64,000 bases of DNA from Antedon mediterranea (Eukaryota; Animalia; Echinodermata), in contig NC_092676.1 of NCBI RefSeq assembly GCF_964355755.1, forward strand, positions 16,138,871-16,202,870. Direction: 5' to 3'. Below the pieces are notes generated by a model, which did not search any database, was not told where the DNA came from, and saw only the letters and a program-made list of their open reading frames with translations. The position numbers and the translations under genes are program-made. Positions 1 to 14,400 of the stretch are shown one piece after another. Positions within the stretch are counted from its first letter, which is position 1. The number at the start of each line of letters is the position of its first letter.

Positions 1-420
1 TATATCACAATGTTGGATATGATTAGTGTAGTCATAATTTGATAACTGAGCATGCATCTTTCAATATCTATTTCATCAATAATTATTATTAATAATCTAT
101 ATCACATAGTTGGATATGATCAGTGTAGTCATAAATTGATAACTGAGCAAAAATCTTTTAATATCTGCATCATCATTAATTAATATTAATAATCTATATC
201 AAACTGTTGGATATGATCTGTTTAGTTTTTTAATATCTATCTTTTCCATAACTATTAATAATATTCTATATCACAATTTTGGATATGATCAGTGTAATCA
301 TAGTTTGAACTACCTCAACAATAATTAATATTAATTGTCTATATACCAATATCAAATATGATCAGTGTAGGCCTAGTCATTTGATAACTGAGCATGCATC
401 ATTTTATATCTGCTTCAAAT
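1..420 (-). repeat. 97-bp satellite, degenerate end of an array, inverted relative to the 4470-8148 array
   Basis: TATATCACA..TTGGATATGAT recurs at 1 and 98 (97-bp period). It is the reverse complement of the 4470-8148 unit and probably continues left of the window. Confidence 0.9.
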
Positions 421-509
421 ATTAATATTGTCTTAATATAATAAGTGGTTTGAAGGATGATTGCAGATGGCCTTTTTTGCATTGTAAAGTTCAATTTATC
501 CAAAAGGTC

Positions 510-3500
510 AAACTTTGACCTATTTCAATAAAATCATTTCATAAGTTGTCTTCTTTTATAGTTTTAGTGATAATCAATATTAAGTGGTTTTTTACCCCAA
601 AAATGTCAAACCTAGAGCTATTTAATAATAAAATGATTTTATAAATTGTCTTCTTTTATATTTCTAGTAATGGTATAATCAGTATTCAATTGTTTGAATG
701 ATGTTTGTGGGGTATTTTTTAATTAAGTTTACGCAGTTTAGATGGTAAAATCTGTCAATTATCCAAAATTGACATTTTTCACTCCTAAAAAAATCTTTGA
801 GCCATTTCAATACAATTATTTCATAAATTGTCCTCTTTTTATGGTTCTAATAATGATATAATCAAAGTGGTTTGGATGATGTTTGTGGGGTGTTTTTTAA
901 AAGTTTGCACAGTTTACATGGTAAAATGTGTCAATTTATTCCTAGAACTATTTCAATAAAATTATTTCATAATCACCCCAAAAATGTCAAACCTAGAACT
1001 ATTTTAATAAAATGATTTCATAAATTGTCTTCTTTTATAGTTCTAGTAGTGGTATAATCAGTATTCAATTGTTTGAATGATGTTTGTGGGGTATTTTTTA
1101 ATTAAGTTTACGCAGTTTACATGGTAAAATCTGTCAATTATCCAAAATTGACATTTTTCACTCCTAAAAAAATCTTAGAGCCATTTCAATAAAATTATTT
1201 CATAAATTGTCCTCTTTTATAGTTCTAATAATGATATAATCAATATTAAGTGGTTTGGATGATGTTTGTGGGGTGTTTTTTAAAAGTTTGCACAGTTTAC
1301 ATGGTAAAATGTGTCAATTTATACCTAGAACTATTTTAATAAAATGATTTCATAAATTGTCCTCTTTTATAGTTCTAGTAGTGGTATAATCAATATTAAG
1401 TTGTTTGGATGATGTTTGTGGGGTGTTTTTTTTAAAGTTTGCACAGTTTACATGGTAAAATCTGTCAATTTATCCAAAATTGACATTTTTCACCCTAAAA
1501 AGTCAAACTTCAGAGCTATTTCAATAAATTGATTTCAAAAATTCTCTTTTTTTACAGTTCTAGTAGTGATATAATCAATATTAAGTTGTTTGAATGATGT
1601 TTGTGGGGTTTTTTGTTAAGTTAGCATTAAGTTTACGCAGTTTACATGGCAAAATCTGTAAATTTATCCAAAATTGACATTTTTTACCCTAAAAATTCAA
1701 ACCAGAGCTATTTCAATAAAATTATTTCATAAATTGTCCTCTTTTATAGTTCTAGTAGTGGTATAATCAATATTAAGTTGTTTGGATGATGTTTGTAGGT
1801 GTTTTTTAAAAGTTTGCATTAAGTTTACGCAGTTTACATGGTAAAATCTGTAAATTTATCCAAAATTGACATTTTTTACCCTAAAAATTCAAACCTAGAG
1901 CTATTTCAATAAAATTATTTCATAAATTGTCCTCTTTTATAGTTCTAGTAGTGGTATACTCAATATTAAGTGGTTTGGATGATGTTTGTGGGGTGTTTTT
2001 TTAAAGTTTGCACAGTTTACATGGCAAAATCTGTAAATTTATCCAAAATTGACATCTTTTACCCTAAAAATTCAAACCTAGAGCTATTTCAATAAAATTA
2101 TTTCATAGATTGTCCTCTTTTATAGTTCTTGTAGTGGTATAATCAATATTAAGTGGTTTGGATGATGTTTGTGGGTGTTTTTTTAAAGTTTGCATTAAGT
2201 TTACGCTGTTTAAATGGTAAAATCTGTAAATTTATCCAAAATTGACATTTTTCACCCTAAAAAGTCAAACTTAGAGCTATTTCAATAAATTGATTTCATA
2301 AATTGTCCTCTTTTATAGTTCTAGTAGTGGTATAATCAATATTAAGTTGTTTGGGTGATGTTTGTGGGGTGTTTTTGTTAAGTTAGCATTAAGTTTACGC
2401 AGTTTACATGGTAAAATCTGTAAATTTATCCAAAATTGACATTTTTCACCCTAAAAAGTCAAACTTAGAGCTATTTCAATAAATTTATTTCAAAAATTCT
2501 CTTCTTTTACAGTTCTAGTAGTGATATAATCAATATTAAGTTGTTTGAATGATGTTTGTGGGGTGTTTTTGTTAAGTTAGCATTAAGTTTACGCAGTTTA
2601 CATGGCAAAATCTGTAAATTTATCCAAAATTGACATTTTTTACCCTAAAAATTCAAACCAGAGCTATTTCAATAAAATTATTTCATAAATTGTCCTCTTT
2701 TATAGTTCTAGTAGTGGTATAATCAATATTAAGTTGTTTGGATGATGTTTGTGGGTGTTTTTTAAAAGTTTGCATTAAGTTTACGCAGTTTACATGGTAA
2801 AATCTGTAAATTTATCCAAAATTGACATTTTTTACCCTAAAAATTCAAACCTAGAGCTATTTCAATAAAATTATTTCATAAATTGTCCTCTTTTATAGTT
2901 CTAGTAGTGGTATACTCAATATTAAGTGGTTTGGATGATGTTTGTGGGGTGTTTTTTTAAAGTTTGCACAGTTTACATGGCAAAATCTGTAAATTTATCC
3001 AAAATTGACATCTTTTACCCTAAAAATTCAAACCTAGAGCTATTTCAATAAAATTATTTCATAAATTGTCCTCTTTTATAGTTCTTGTAGTGGTATAATC
3101 AATATTAAGTGGTTTGGATGATGTTTGTGGGTGTTTTTTTAAAGTTTGCATTAAGTTTACGCTGTTTAAATGGTAAAATCTGTAAATTTATCCAAAATTG
3201 ACATTTTTCACCCTAAAACGTCAAACTTAGAGCTATTTCAATAAATTGATTTCATAAATTGTCCTCTTTTATAGTTCTAGTAGTGGTATAATCAATATTA
3301 AGTTGTTTGGATGATGTTTGTGGGGTGTTTTTGTTAAGTTAGCATTAAGTTTACGCAGTTTACATGGTAAAATCTGTAAATTTATCCAAAGTTGACATTT
3401 TTCACCCTAAAAAGTCAAACTTAGAGCTATTTCAATAAATTGATTTCAAAAATTCTCTTCTTTTACAGTTCTAGTAGTGATATAATCAATATTAAGTTGT

Positions 3501-3787
3501 TTGAATGATGTTTGTGGGGTGTTTTTGTTAAGTTAGCATTAAGTTTACGCAGTTTACATGGCAAAATCTGTAAATTTATCCAAAATTAACATTTTTTACC
3601 CTAAAAATTCAAACCAGAGCTATTTCAATAAAATTATTTCATAGATTGTCCTCTTTTATAGTTCTAGTAGTGGTATAATCAATATTAAGTTGTTTGGATG
3701 ATGTTTGTGGGTGTTTTTTTAAAGTTAGCATTAAGTTTACGCAGTTTAAATAGTAAAATCTGTAAATTTATCCAAAATTGACATTTT
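510..3787. repeat. ~190-bp tandem satellite (~17 units) with a 5-monomer (956 bp) higher-order repeat
   Basis: Unit GAGCTATTTCAATAAA..GATGATGTTTGTGGGG..CAGTTTACATGG..CCAAAATTGACATT repeats throughout. Diagnostic variants recur 956 bp apart. Confidence 0.95.
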
Positions 3788-4469
3788 AAAACACAAACTA
3801 GGTTGTAAAAAGTGAAGGAAATCATTAAATTTTAATATTGTTTGGTAATAAAGATGCCTATCATAGTCAAATGGCAATAACTGATTAGCCGAGACCAATG
3901 ACATTTAAAACAACTCCTACTTAAAATTCCCTACTTATACAGTACAGCAGCTTTTTGATTGGCTGCAAGTTTAGTTTTCTGTTCGTTCATCAGAAATGGT
4001 ATAAATAATTATTAATCAATAAGATTACTGGATTTCTTTAGTATTTCTGACACATTTCAAATCTTAATTGAATTATTAATGTAATGGAAATTTGTCATAG
4101 GCCTATTATAGCAACATATCATTTCTGGAAGAGTATTACGGTCTGAATAGATCAATGTTAAAACACACGTCCTCATTTATGAAATTATTCATTCACTGCA
4201 CATTTATTCTGTTAAGAAGAACTGGGACCCTCAATAGAAGCCAAAGCATGTCTCATGATGGCCCCTACAATACATATCAAACATAAAAAGATATGGAATA
4301 TTTTTATTTTTACAACGGCACACGTTCATCATAAACGATGCGTTCTTAAAAGTATAAATTTAAACAGCAAACGGATACAAATCAATAGGGTAATTAGGAA
4401 CAAAAGAATAACACATTTTCAAAATCCATCGACTCGATCTCTTGTATACAGTAAATCTAACAAAATCAC

Positions 4470-7400
4470 ACTGATCATATCCAACATTAAGTATTAATAA
4501 TTATTATTGATTAGGTAGATATTAAAAGATGCGTTATAACAAATTATGAATATACAGATCATATCCAACAATGTGACATAGATTATTAATAATAATTATT
4601 GATGAGGTAGATATTTAAAGATGCGTGCTCAGTTATCAAATTATGACTACACTGATCATATCCAACAATGTGATATAAGATATTAATAACAATTATTGAT
4701 GAGGTAGATATTGAAAGATGCGTGCTCAGTTATCAAATTCTGACTACACTGATCATATCCAACAATGTGATATAAGATATTAATAATAATTATTGATGAG
4801 GTAGATATTAAAAGATGCGTGCTCAGTTATCAAATTATGACTACACTGATCATATCCCACAATGTGATATAGATTATTATTAATAATTATTGATGATGTA
4901 GATATTTAAAGATGCGTGCTCAGTTATCAAATTCTGACTACACTAATCGTATCCAACATTGTGATATAAGATCTTAATAATAATTATTGATGAGGTAGAT
5001 ATTTAAAGATGCGTGCTCAGTTATCAAATTATGACTACACTGATCATATCCCACAATGTGATATAGATTATTATTAATAATTATTGATGATGTAGATATT
5101 TAAAGATGCGTGCTCAGTTATCAAATTATGACTACACTGATCATATCAAACAATGTGATATAAGATATTAATAATAATTATTGATGATGTAGATATTGAA
5201 AGATGCGTGCTCAGTTATCAAATTATGACTACACTAATCATATCCCAAAATGTGATATAGATTATTATTAATAATTATTGATGATGTAGATATTTAAAGA
5301 TGCGTGCTCAGTTATCAAATTATGACTACACTGATTATATCCAACATTGTGATATAGATTATTAATAATAATTATTGATGAGGTAGATATTTAAAGATGC
5401 GTGCTCAGTTATCAAATTATGACTACACTGATCATATCCAACAATGTGATTTAAATTATTAACATTAATTATTGATGAGGTAGATATTAAAAGATGCGTG
5501 CTCAGTTATCAAATTATGACTACACTGATCATATCAAACAATGTGCTATAGATTATTAATAATAATTATTGATGAGGTAGATATTAAAAGATGCGTGCTC
5601 AGTTATCAAATTCTGACTACACTGATCATATCAAACAATGTGATATAGATTATTAATAATAATTATTGATGAGGTAGATATTTAAAGATGCGTGCTCAGT
5701 TATCAAATTATGACTACACTGATCATATCAAGCAATGTGCTATAGATTATTAATAATAATTATTGATGAGGTAGATATTAAAAGATGCGTGCTCAGTTAT
5801 CAAATTCTGACTACACTGATCATATCCAACAATGTGATATAAGATATTAATAATAATTATTGATGAGGTAGATATTAAAAGATGCGTGCTCAGTTATCAA
5901 ATTCTGACTACACTGATCATATCAAACAATGTGATATAAGATATTAATAATAATTATTGATGATGTAGATATTGAAAGATGCGTGCTCAGTTATCAAATT
6001 ATGACTACACTAATCATATCCCAAAATGTGATATAGATTATTATTAATAATTATTGATGATGTAGATATTTAAAGATGCGTGCTCAGTTATCAAATTATG
6101 ACTACACTGATTATATCCAACAATGTGATATAGATTATTAATAATAATTATTGATGAGGTAGATATTTAAAGATGCGTGCTCAGTTATCAAATTATGACT
6201 ACACTGATCATATCCAACAATGTGATTTAGATTATTAACATTAATTATTGATGAGGTAGATATTAAAAGATGCGTGCTCAGTTATCAAATTCTGACTACA
6301 CTGATCATATCAAACAATGTGCTATAGATTATTAATAATAATTATTGATGAGGTAGATATTTAAAGATGCGTGCTCAGTTATCAAATTCTGACTACACTG
6401 ATCATATCAAACAATGTGCTATAGATTATTAATAATAATTATTGATGAGGTAGATATTTAAAGATGCGTGCTCAGTTATCAAATTATGACTACACTGATC
6501 ATATCAAACAATGTGCTATAGATTATTAATAATAATTATTGATGAGGTAGATATTAAAAGATGCGTGCTCAGTTATCAAATTCTGACTACACTGATCATA
6601 TCCAACAATGTGATATAAGATATTAATAATAATTATTGATGAGGTAGATATTAAAAGATGCGTGCTCAGTTATCAAATTCTGATTACACTGATCATATCG
6701 AACAATGTGATTGATGATATTATTAATAATTATTGATTAGGTGGATATTTAAAGATGCGTGCTCAGTTATCAAATTATGACTACACTGATCATATCCAAA
6801 AATGTGATATAGATTATTATTAATAATTATTGATGATGTAGATATTTAAAGATGCGTGCTCAGTTATCAAATTATGACTACACTGATCATATCAAACAAT
6901 GTGCTATAGATTATTAATAATAATTATTGATGAGGTAGATATTAAACGATGCGTGCTCAGTTATCAAATTATGACTACACTGATTATATCCAACAATGTG
7001 ATATAGATTATTAATAATAATTATTGATGAGGTAAGATATTTAAAGATGCGTGCTCAGTTATCAAATTCTGACTACACTGATCATATCCAACAATGTGAT
7101 ATAAGATATTAATAATAATTATTGATGAGGTAGATATTAAAAGATGCGTGCTCAGTTATCAAATTATGACTACACTGATCATATCCCAAAATGTGATATA
7201 GATTATTATTAATAATTATTGATGAGGTAGATATTAAAAGATGCGTGCTCAGTAATCAAATTATGACTACACTGATCATATCCAACAATGTGATTTAGAT
7301 TATTAACATTAATTATTGATGAGGTAGATATTAAAAGGTGCGTGCTCAGTTATCAAATTATGACTACAATGATCATATCAAACAATGTGCTATAGATTAT

Positions 7401-8148
7401 TAATAATAATTATTGATGAGGTAAACATTTAAAGATGCGTGCTCAGTTATCAAATTATGACTACACTGATCATATCCAACAATGTGATATAAGATATTAA
7501 TAATAATTATTGATGAGGTAGATATTAAAAGATGCGTGCTCAGTTATCAAATTCTGACTACACTGATCATATCGCACAATGTGATATATTAGTAATAATT
7601 ATTGATGAGGTAGATATTAAAAGATGCGTGCTCAGTTATCAAATTTTGACTACACTGATTATATCGAACAATGTGATATAGATTATTAATAATAATTATT
7701 GATGAGGTAGATATTAAAAGATGCGTGCTCAGTTATCAAATTCTGACTACACTGATCATATCGCACAATGTGATATAGATTATTAGTAATAATTATTGAT
7801 GAGGTAGATATTAAAAGATGCGTGCTCAGTTATCAAATTTTGACTACACTGATTATATCGAACAATGTGATATAGATTATTAATAATAATTATTGATGAG
7901 GTAGATATTAAAAGATGCGTGCTCAGTTATCAAATTATGACTACACTGATCATATCCAACAATCTGATATATGATATCAATGCTAATTATTGATGAGGTA
8001 GATATTAAAAGATGCGTGCTCAGTTATCAAATTGTAACTACACTGATCATATCCAACAATCTGATATATGATATCAATGCTGATTATTGATGAGGTAGAT
8101 ATTAAAAGATGCGTGCTCAGTTATCAAATTGTAACTACACTGATCATA
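4470..8148 (+). repeat. 97-bp tandem satellite (~38 units)
   Basis: GATGCGTGCTCAGTTATCAAATT at 4620, 4717, 4814, 4911 and onward (97-bp period). A degenerate remnant lies at ~8374-8412. Confidence 0.97.
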
Positions 8149-8498
8149 ATACTGTACATAGTCCTTTATGCATTAGACATTGATTTAGTAGTACTACATA
8201 TCATTTGTTATATTAAGAATGTTGTTTTAGTGTTATTAAAATACTTATCGAATTTTTTTGAAAATAAAAATATTAGTATTGGTACCTCTAAATTTATATA
8301 CTATAAAACATGCTAGATTTTATAATAATATGATCTTTATTACAACTAAGAAACAGTTATGTACGAGGATGATACACACTGATAGTTCTCAGTTATCAAA
8401 AAACGACTACACAATATAGCTCGTAGTGAGTAATACTGTGTGTAGTTTATTTTTTTCATCTTTTTGCTGTTTAGATACCAGATCTAAGTGTTATCAGA

Positions 8499-11400
8499 AT
8501 GAAATCTCTATATTTGAGGAAAGACATGGAAGCTTCAGATTCCAGAATAGCCATAATGAAAGAAAATGTAAGTAAGAAAAGTAAATTAAGCGCCTTAATT
8601 TGTGTGTGAGTATGCCTGACTCACTGACTGAACTTTACTTTCTAGCCCAGCCTTACAGTACCTCTACTCACGCATCATTCCCTTAGATTTACTACTAGCC
8701 TAGGGTAGGCCTATATATAGGCCTAGCTTAGTTATTAATTAGTATCAGGGTTATAATAACAACTTTGTATAATAATTAATAAGGCCATATTATCATATAG
8801 GCCTAGGCCTAATATATACGTGTTAACTTGAGCGTCTCCTTTTGATTTTTTGAGCCGCTGTTGTTTTTAACAAAACTTGTTTCAAATGACGTAACAAAAA
8901 AAATTTTTAATAAAATCATAATATTCGATATTATCCTAAGCGTACAGAAATAATTGTTTATTGCATTAATAAAATGGTTTTCTTGAAATTGTATGTTGTA
9001 GTGATTCATTTGTTCATGTTTTAAAGTCAGTTTTTAAAAAATGGTAGCGAAAATCAATGTCAATGACTTTACATAGTAAATTTTTAAAAATAAATAAATA
9101 ATGAAAAAAATCCGCCCTCCCTGAAATTTATTTAGAGGTTCAGGCTCTTAAAATCCATTTTTTGGCCTATATAATAAGGCCTTTCTTTAAAAAAACCCAC
9201 ACACATTGGATCAATCTTTCTATCCACATACAGGATCTCTACAAACATACAGTATTCTAGACTACACATAATAAATTGTTCAATCTTTAATATTTCAGCC
9301 AGAAATTGTTTTATCTGAAGTGGGAGATGAAAGCTCTGTTTTAGTGAAGATTAAAGCATGTGCTCTATCTACAACTGATGTTCAGGTTTGTATGGCATTG
9401 TCAACCAACCAGGTTATTCATTGAATGTGAAAATGTAATCAATTTGAAATTGTATTTATATGAAGGTAAAAAAAAATTACAGATTATATTTATTATGAAG
9501 AGGAGGATGGACTTCAAGGATGAATTTGCCAAAGTTGCAATAAAAGTTTTATCATCTTATATAAAAATACCAAGAATAATATGACACAAATATCAACTGT
9601 ATACAATAAAAGGAAGGAATACTGTTTTTCAGACAATACAGGAACTTAATTTAGCATCATCTGATATTGCAATTGGGCGTGCAATTGCTGGTATCGTAAA
9701 AGATGTTGGAAACTGTGTCACATCTTTCAAACCTGGTGATGAAGTAGTGGCTCTTTTACCTCTTGACTCCCAGTTCTCTGGCTGTGCTGAATTGTGTACC
9801 GTTAATGAATTTGACCTCAGTAAGAATTATGTTTTTATTTTTCTTTAGTATCTATACTATCTATCTAACTATATCTATTATTTAGTTTTAGTATAGATAT
9901 ATACAGGATATCCAACTTATAATTTAATGCAATTAAATATTGTAAATTTAACTTATACTTCTGTGTTTTCCAGAAATTCTCATATTCCAAATGTGTTTTT
10001 ATGGTAAAAATAATTTTTAGACCTTTTAGTCTAGTTTTTGGTAGAGTTTTCAGTTTTTTGATAAAATCAAGTATTGTAACGCCTCAGTGGAGGAAAGTGG
10101 TACAGATCATCATGGTCAAAAGACTGCTCAATTAAAAAATCACCAAAACATTATTTTCATATTATTTTAGTTATGAAACCAAAAAGAGTAGAATTTGATG
10201 AGGCAGTGGCTTGCCTGTATGAAGGTGTGAGAGCTTACACTGCATTGCAGATACAAGCAAGGATGTGTGCTGGAGAAACTCTACTAGTCATTGATGGGGC
10301 AACAGTAAGAAACATTATTACATTTCCTAAAGATTTACATTTTTACTCTACAGTATTTGACTGTTTATGTGTCATTATTAGTCAAAATTAAACTCACTGT
10401 TCCTGTTTTCCATGTTCAAAGTAATTATATACAAAAAATAACAAAACATAAAAATGTTGTCTTTTAAACTGAAAGGAAAAGTTCAGACTTTTTTGTTAAT
10501 TTCTGTCTGTCCCACCTCGTTAATATGAAGTCAATCTTTCAACTTATAAACATTCATTATCTTTTTATTATTACCTACATGATATGCTCTATTTTATAGC
10601 CAAATGGATCAACTTTAATACAACTGGCACAGAATTGGGGTGCAAAGGTCATTGCTACGGTCAACTCGCAAGAAGAGAAGCTTTTTTTGGAAACATTTAA
10701 ACCTCCACTAAGTATGATGTTTTTCTTTGTGGATACTTTAAATCTTTGAACTATTATTGTTTATGCATTATATTGACATTTTGTCTCCTATTGAACTTTT
10801 ACTAGCCTTTTAATAATAACATTATAAAACTATAGTATACAAATGTTCTTTGGATGTATGGTTAAAAATATGGGTGCCACATTTTTAACCAGACACTCGA
10901 AAATGGCAAAAAATCTTTGTTTTATCTTATAGCTCAAACATTTACTGTTCTAAAGTAAAATTGCATTCAATTTATTTGTCGATTCCATCCTCCAATGTTG
11001 AAATATTTGTTTAAAGTTGTAAAAGTTGATGATGTTTTTTGCAGCTTCTATTGTGGATGTTAGCAATGGAAAAACTAACACAATACGCAGTGTGTGTTTA
11101 GAGGAAACAGGTGGACTAGGCATGGATATTATTGTTGATAGTGGAGGTACAGTATGTTAATTTTAATGTAAATTATCTTACCTTGTTATACCTACCCTTA
11201 TTCAAAACACACAAACCAAATATCTAGTATATCCATAAAAGATTTTAAACATTTATTAAGTTCAGAAAATAAATTAAATGGTACCACTGTTTTAAAAATT
11301 TCTATTGCATTATTGTAAAATATCTTTGCAACAATATTTATTACTAGATGGTATGCTCGTTTCGCTCGCGTACCATCTAGGTCATGTCCACAGATGGTTC

Positions 11401-14400
11401 TCGAATACACAGTCATTTCAGCGTAAAAAAACTGGCAATTTCAAATGTACGTACCGCAGGACTCTATAAATACATTGTCGTTTTCAGAAATGAATAAATA
11501 GACACGATGATTAATGTAGTCAACTAAAATTAGCACCTTGGGAATTAGGCCTACTTCCAAAGGAGAAACTTGTCTTAAAAATGAGTCCAAATTTTGTATT
11601 CGAACTTTAAACAAACCCAATTTGTGTTTTGTATAATAACATTAGTGTTGAGGGATGGGAAGAGGATGGGAAGAACAATTTTTAAAGATATTATTTATCC
11701 ACTTAGTAACGAAATATTGTTTTAAATGTTTTATAGGCCTATCAATAATATACCACTAAACACAGTAAAACATTTACAATTTAATACGCCGCCAGGCCAT
11801 TACTTGCAAACAATTTATTTAGTTATGCAGGTATAAACATTTTACAAAAAGCAGACATTTGACCAATTACAAACATTATGTTAAGTTCAACACTTACATT
11901 TTTGTTTTCACTCTTGTAAATGTATATAGTACTTCATTTCTTCGTGAAGCTGATTTATTGTTGTTCTCAATAACTTAACATTTGTGTCTTAGTTAACATG
12001 TTTCCAGATCAAGATGATGATGTGGCACAAAAACTCAATCTTCCAACTAAACATGAACTTATATCATCATTAGCAGTTTGTGGAAGATGGGTTACATCAC
12101 AAAGGGATCTCCAAGTAAGTAAACATAAAACTTCTATTTGATAAGCACCAGTTTCTATTTTTATGATTAGTTTCTTTGTTTGCCATTATCCCATCTCCCG
12201 CTTTGCTGCAGTTTCTCCCTATTGTTTGGGATATAGAAAAAATCTCTAATGATAAAGCATAAATTATGAATACTACTACAAGATCTTAGTTTTTAAAGTA
12301 AAAAATATGTTTCCCCCAATGCACTTCTTCCTTTTCTGCGTCTGGTGAGTCCCATTGTTTTTCTTTTGTACAAGTGCTCTTGATGAATTTTGATGTATAT
12401 TTTTAATTTGTAGAGCACCATTTGCCAAGTCCAGTGCTAATAAGCCTTAATAATTATTTTTTTTTTTAAAGTATTGATTTAAGTTAATACCTCTATTATT
12501 TCAGATCGATCCACCAAATTCACAGTTACTATTTTTAAAGAATGGCTCTGTTAGTTATTTGTTCCCTTCGGCGTGGACTTTATCATCAAATCAACAAGGA
12601 AGATACCTACGTATCCTTTAAAACTGTACGATCATAGGGAAAAATAGGTTCATATTTAAATGCCCTTTTTACATTGACAACTGCCTAAAGCGCTGTGAAC
12701 TAGATGTTTCAACTCTCCTAAGAGTTCTTTTGTGTGACACCTGCCACCAAACAACGCTCATTCATGCTTTAATCAGAGGCAGGAGAATCTACCATCAATA
12801 ATCGGACACTATTTTGATCTATTTTGAACATTTTTAACATTATTTCGGTAATCATTATCAAATTTTGATAAATTTTACACATTATTTGTTCAATTTTGTA
12901 TATAGATTATATAGCGTCAATTTTTATTAATATAATGCCATAATATATTATACATACATTACATTATACTATGTCCCTGTGTGGTAAAAACTCTCAAAAT
13001 GGTGGGGGGGGGGGGGGAGGGGTGGATTTATTTTTTTTGTGAGGGAGGCAGCTGCAGAGGGACCCCACCCAGAGCCATATATAGAGAGAGTTTCGACATT
13101 GAATGGATTAGAAGCCGTGTTTGTGTCCAACTATGCCTATGTAGCGTATGGAGTTGAGTCTTTTGTTTTGAAAATGTATAACATCAAAAGGCCTTAACTA
13201 TCGAATTTAATATCAAACAATCAATTTGTTTGAAGGTTTTTCAATAGAACAATAAAGAAAGAATAATAACGAAGTTATAAAGTTACTGCGAACATGATTT
13301 TAAACAACAACTCTTTCCAATAAATGGATTTGTGCGCTCCATGCACGCTCTACGCGTGCGCGTTTAGTTTGTACAGCGATTCTCTATAGTAATGCATTGT
13401 TTTTACATTTTATTGTTTAAAATCATGTTCGCAGTAACTTTATGATTTCGTTATTATCTTAACAAAAACCTTTAAAAAAATTGATTGTTTTGATATTAAA
13501 TTCAATATTTAAAGCCTTGTGAATGTTATACATTTTTTAAGCAAATGACTCGACTCCATACGCTACATAGGCATAGTTGGACACAAATATGGCCGGCGTG
13601 CACACCACGTGACTTTCTAAAATTCGTGAACGCAATGCCGTAACTCTCTCTATATATGGCTCTGACCCCACCTAGCCCATGGACTACATAATACCATCAC
13701 TGCACTCTGTACTATATGAATAATGTGTCATTTGTTATTCTTTCTTTTATCTAGTCTAATCTTATTTAATCCCTTCAAGTTGTTCAAGTTGCCTTGTACT
13801 TTCTTTTATAAAAAAGTTTTTATTTACTGTCCTTAAAATGTTTCTTAAAGATATTATGAGGGATGTATTGAACAAGCTTGCAAGTGGTGTTATAAAGTAA
13901 GTATTTGTAAGGTATCTTTTATTTCTTGAAATTATTTTATTCTAAATAACAAAAGAAGTATGTTGTTTGGATATTATTAAATTAAAATGAATATAACAAT
14001 ATCAAAGTAAAACCTATTTATCAATTTGAGATCTTCAAAATTTGTTTCAGAGAATTTCATTTAGCTTCAAAGTTTTATGGAAGATACAATTTATTTTTTT
14101 AATAAGTAAAACAGCGTACTAATACCGAGTTCTAAATACCTGTAATTACTTTGTTTTAGCTTATTCAAAAAAAATGTTATCATCCACTAATTACAACAGC
14201 TGGCATCCAATTTGTAAATCAATAAAACAAATTGAAAACAATATTTGTTAGTATGTTTTATTATCAGTGACAGTGCATCTTATCTTTATAACTGAATTTA
14301 AAAATAGAGCAACAAAGCTCCATGATTAATAAAAGTAGTGATGTTGGACGTATTTTTGAATGAAAAAAAAAATTTAAAAACAGAATAAATATCATTTTAT

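Noticed and set aside
4255-4497. Short ORFs here and at 8068, 8809, 14487, 15447, 26315, 46552 and similar
   Set aside because: They are low-complexity AT-rich or antisense/repeat translations with no recognisable motifs or splice support.
4470-8148. CRISPR-like regular repeat array
   Set aside because: Whole 97-bp units repeat with no unique spacers, there are no cas genes, and the context is eukaryotic. It is a satellite.
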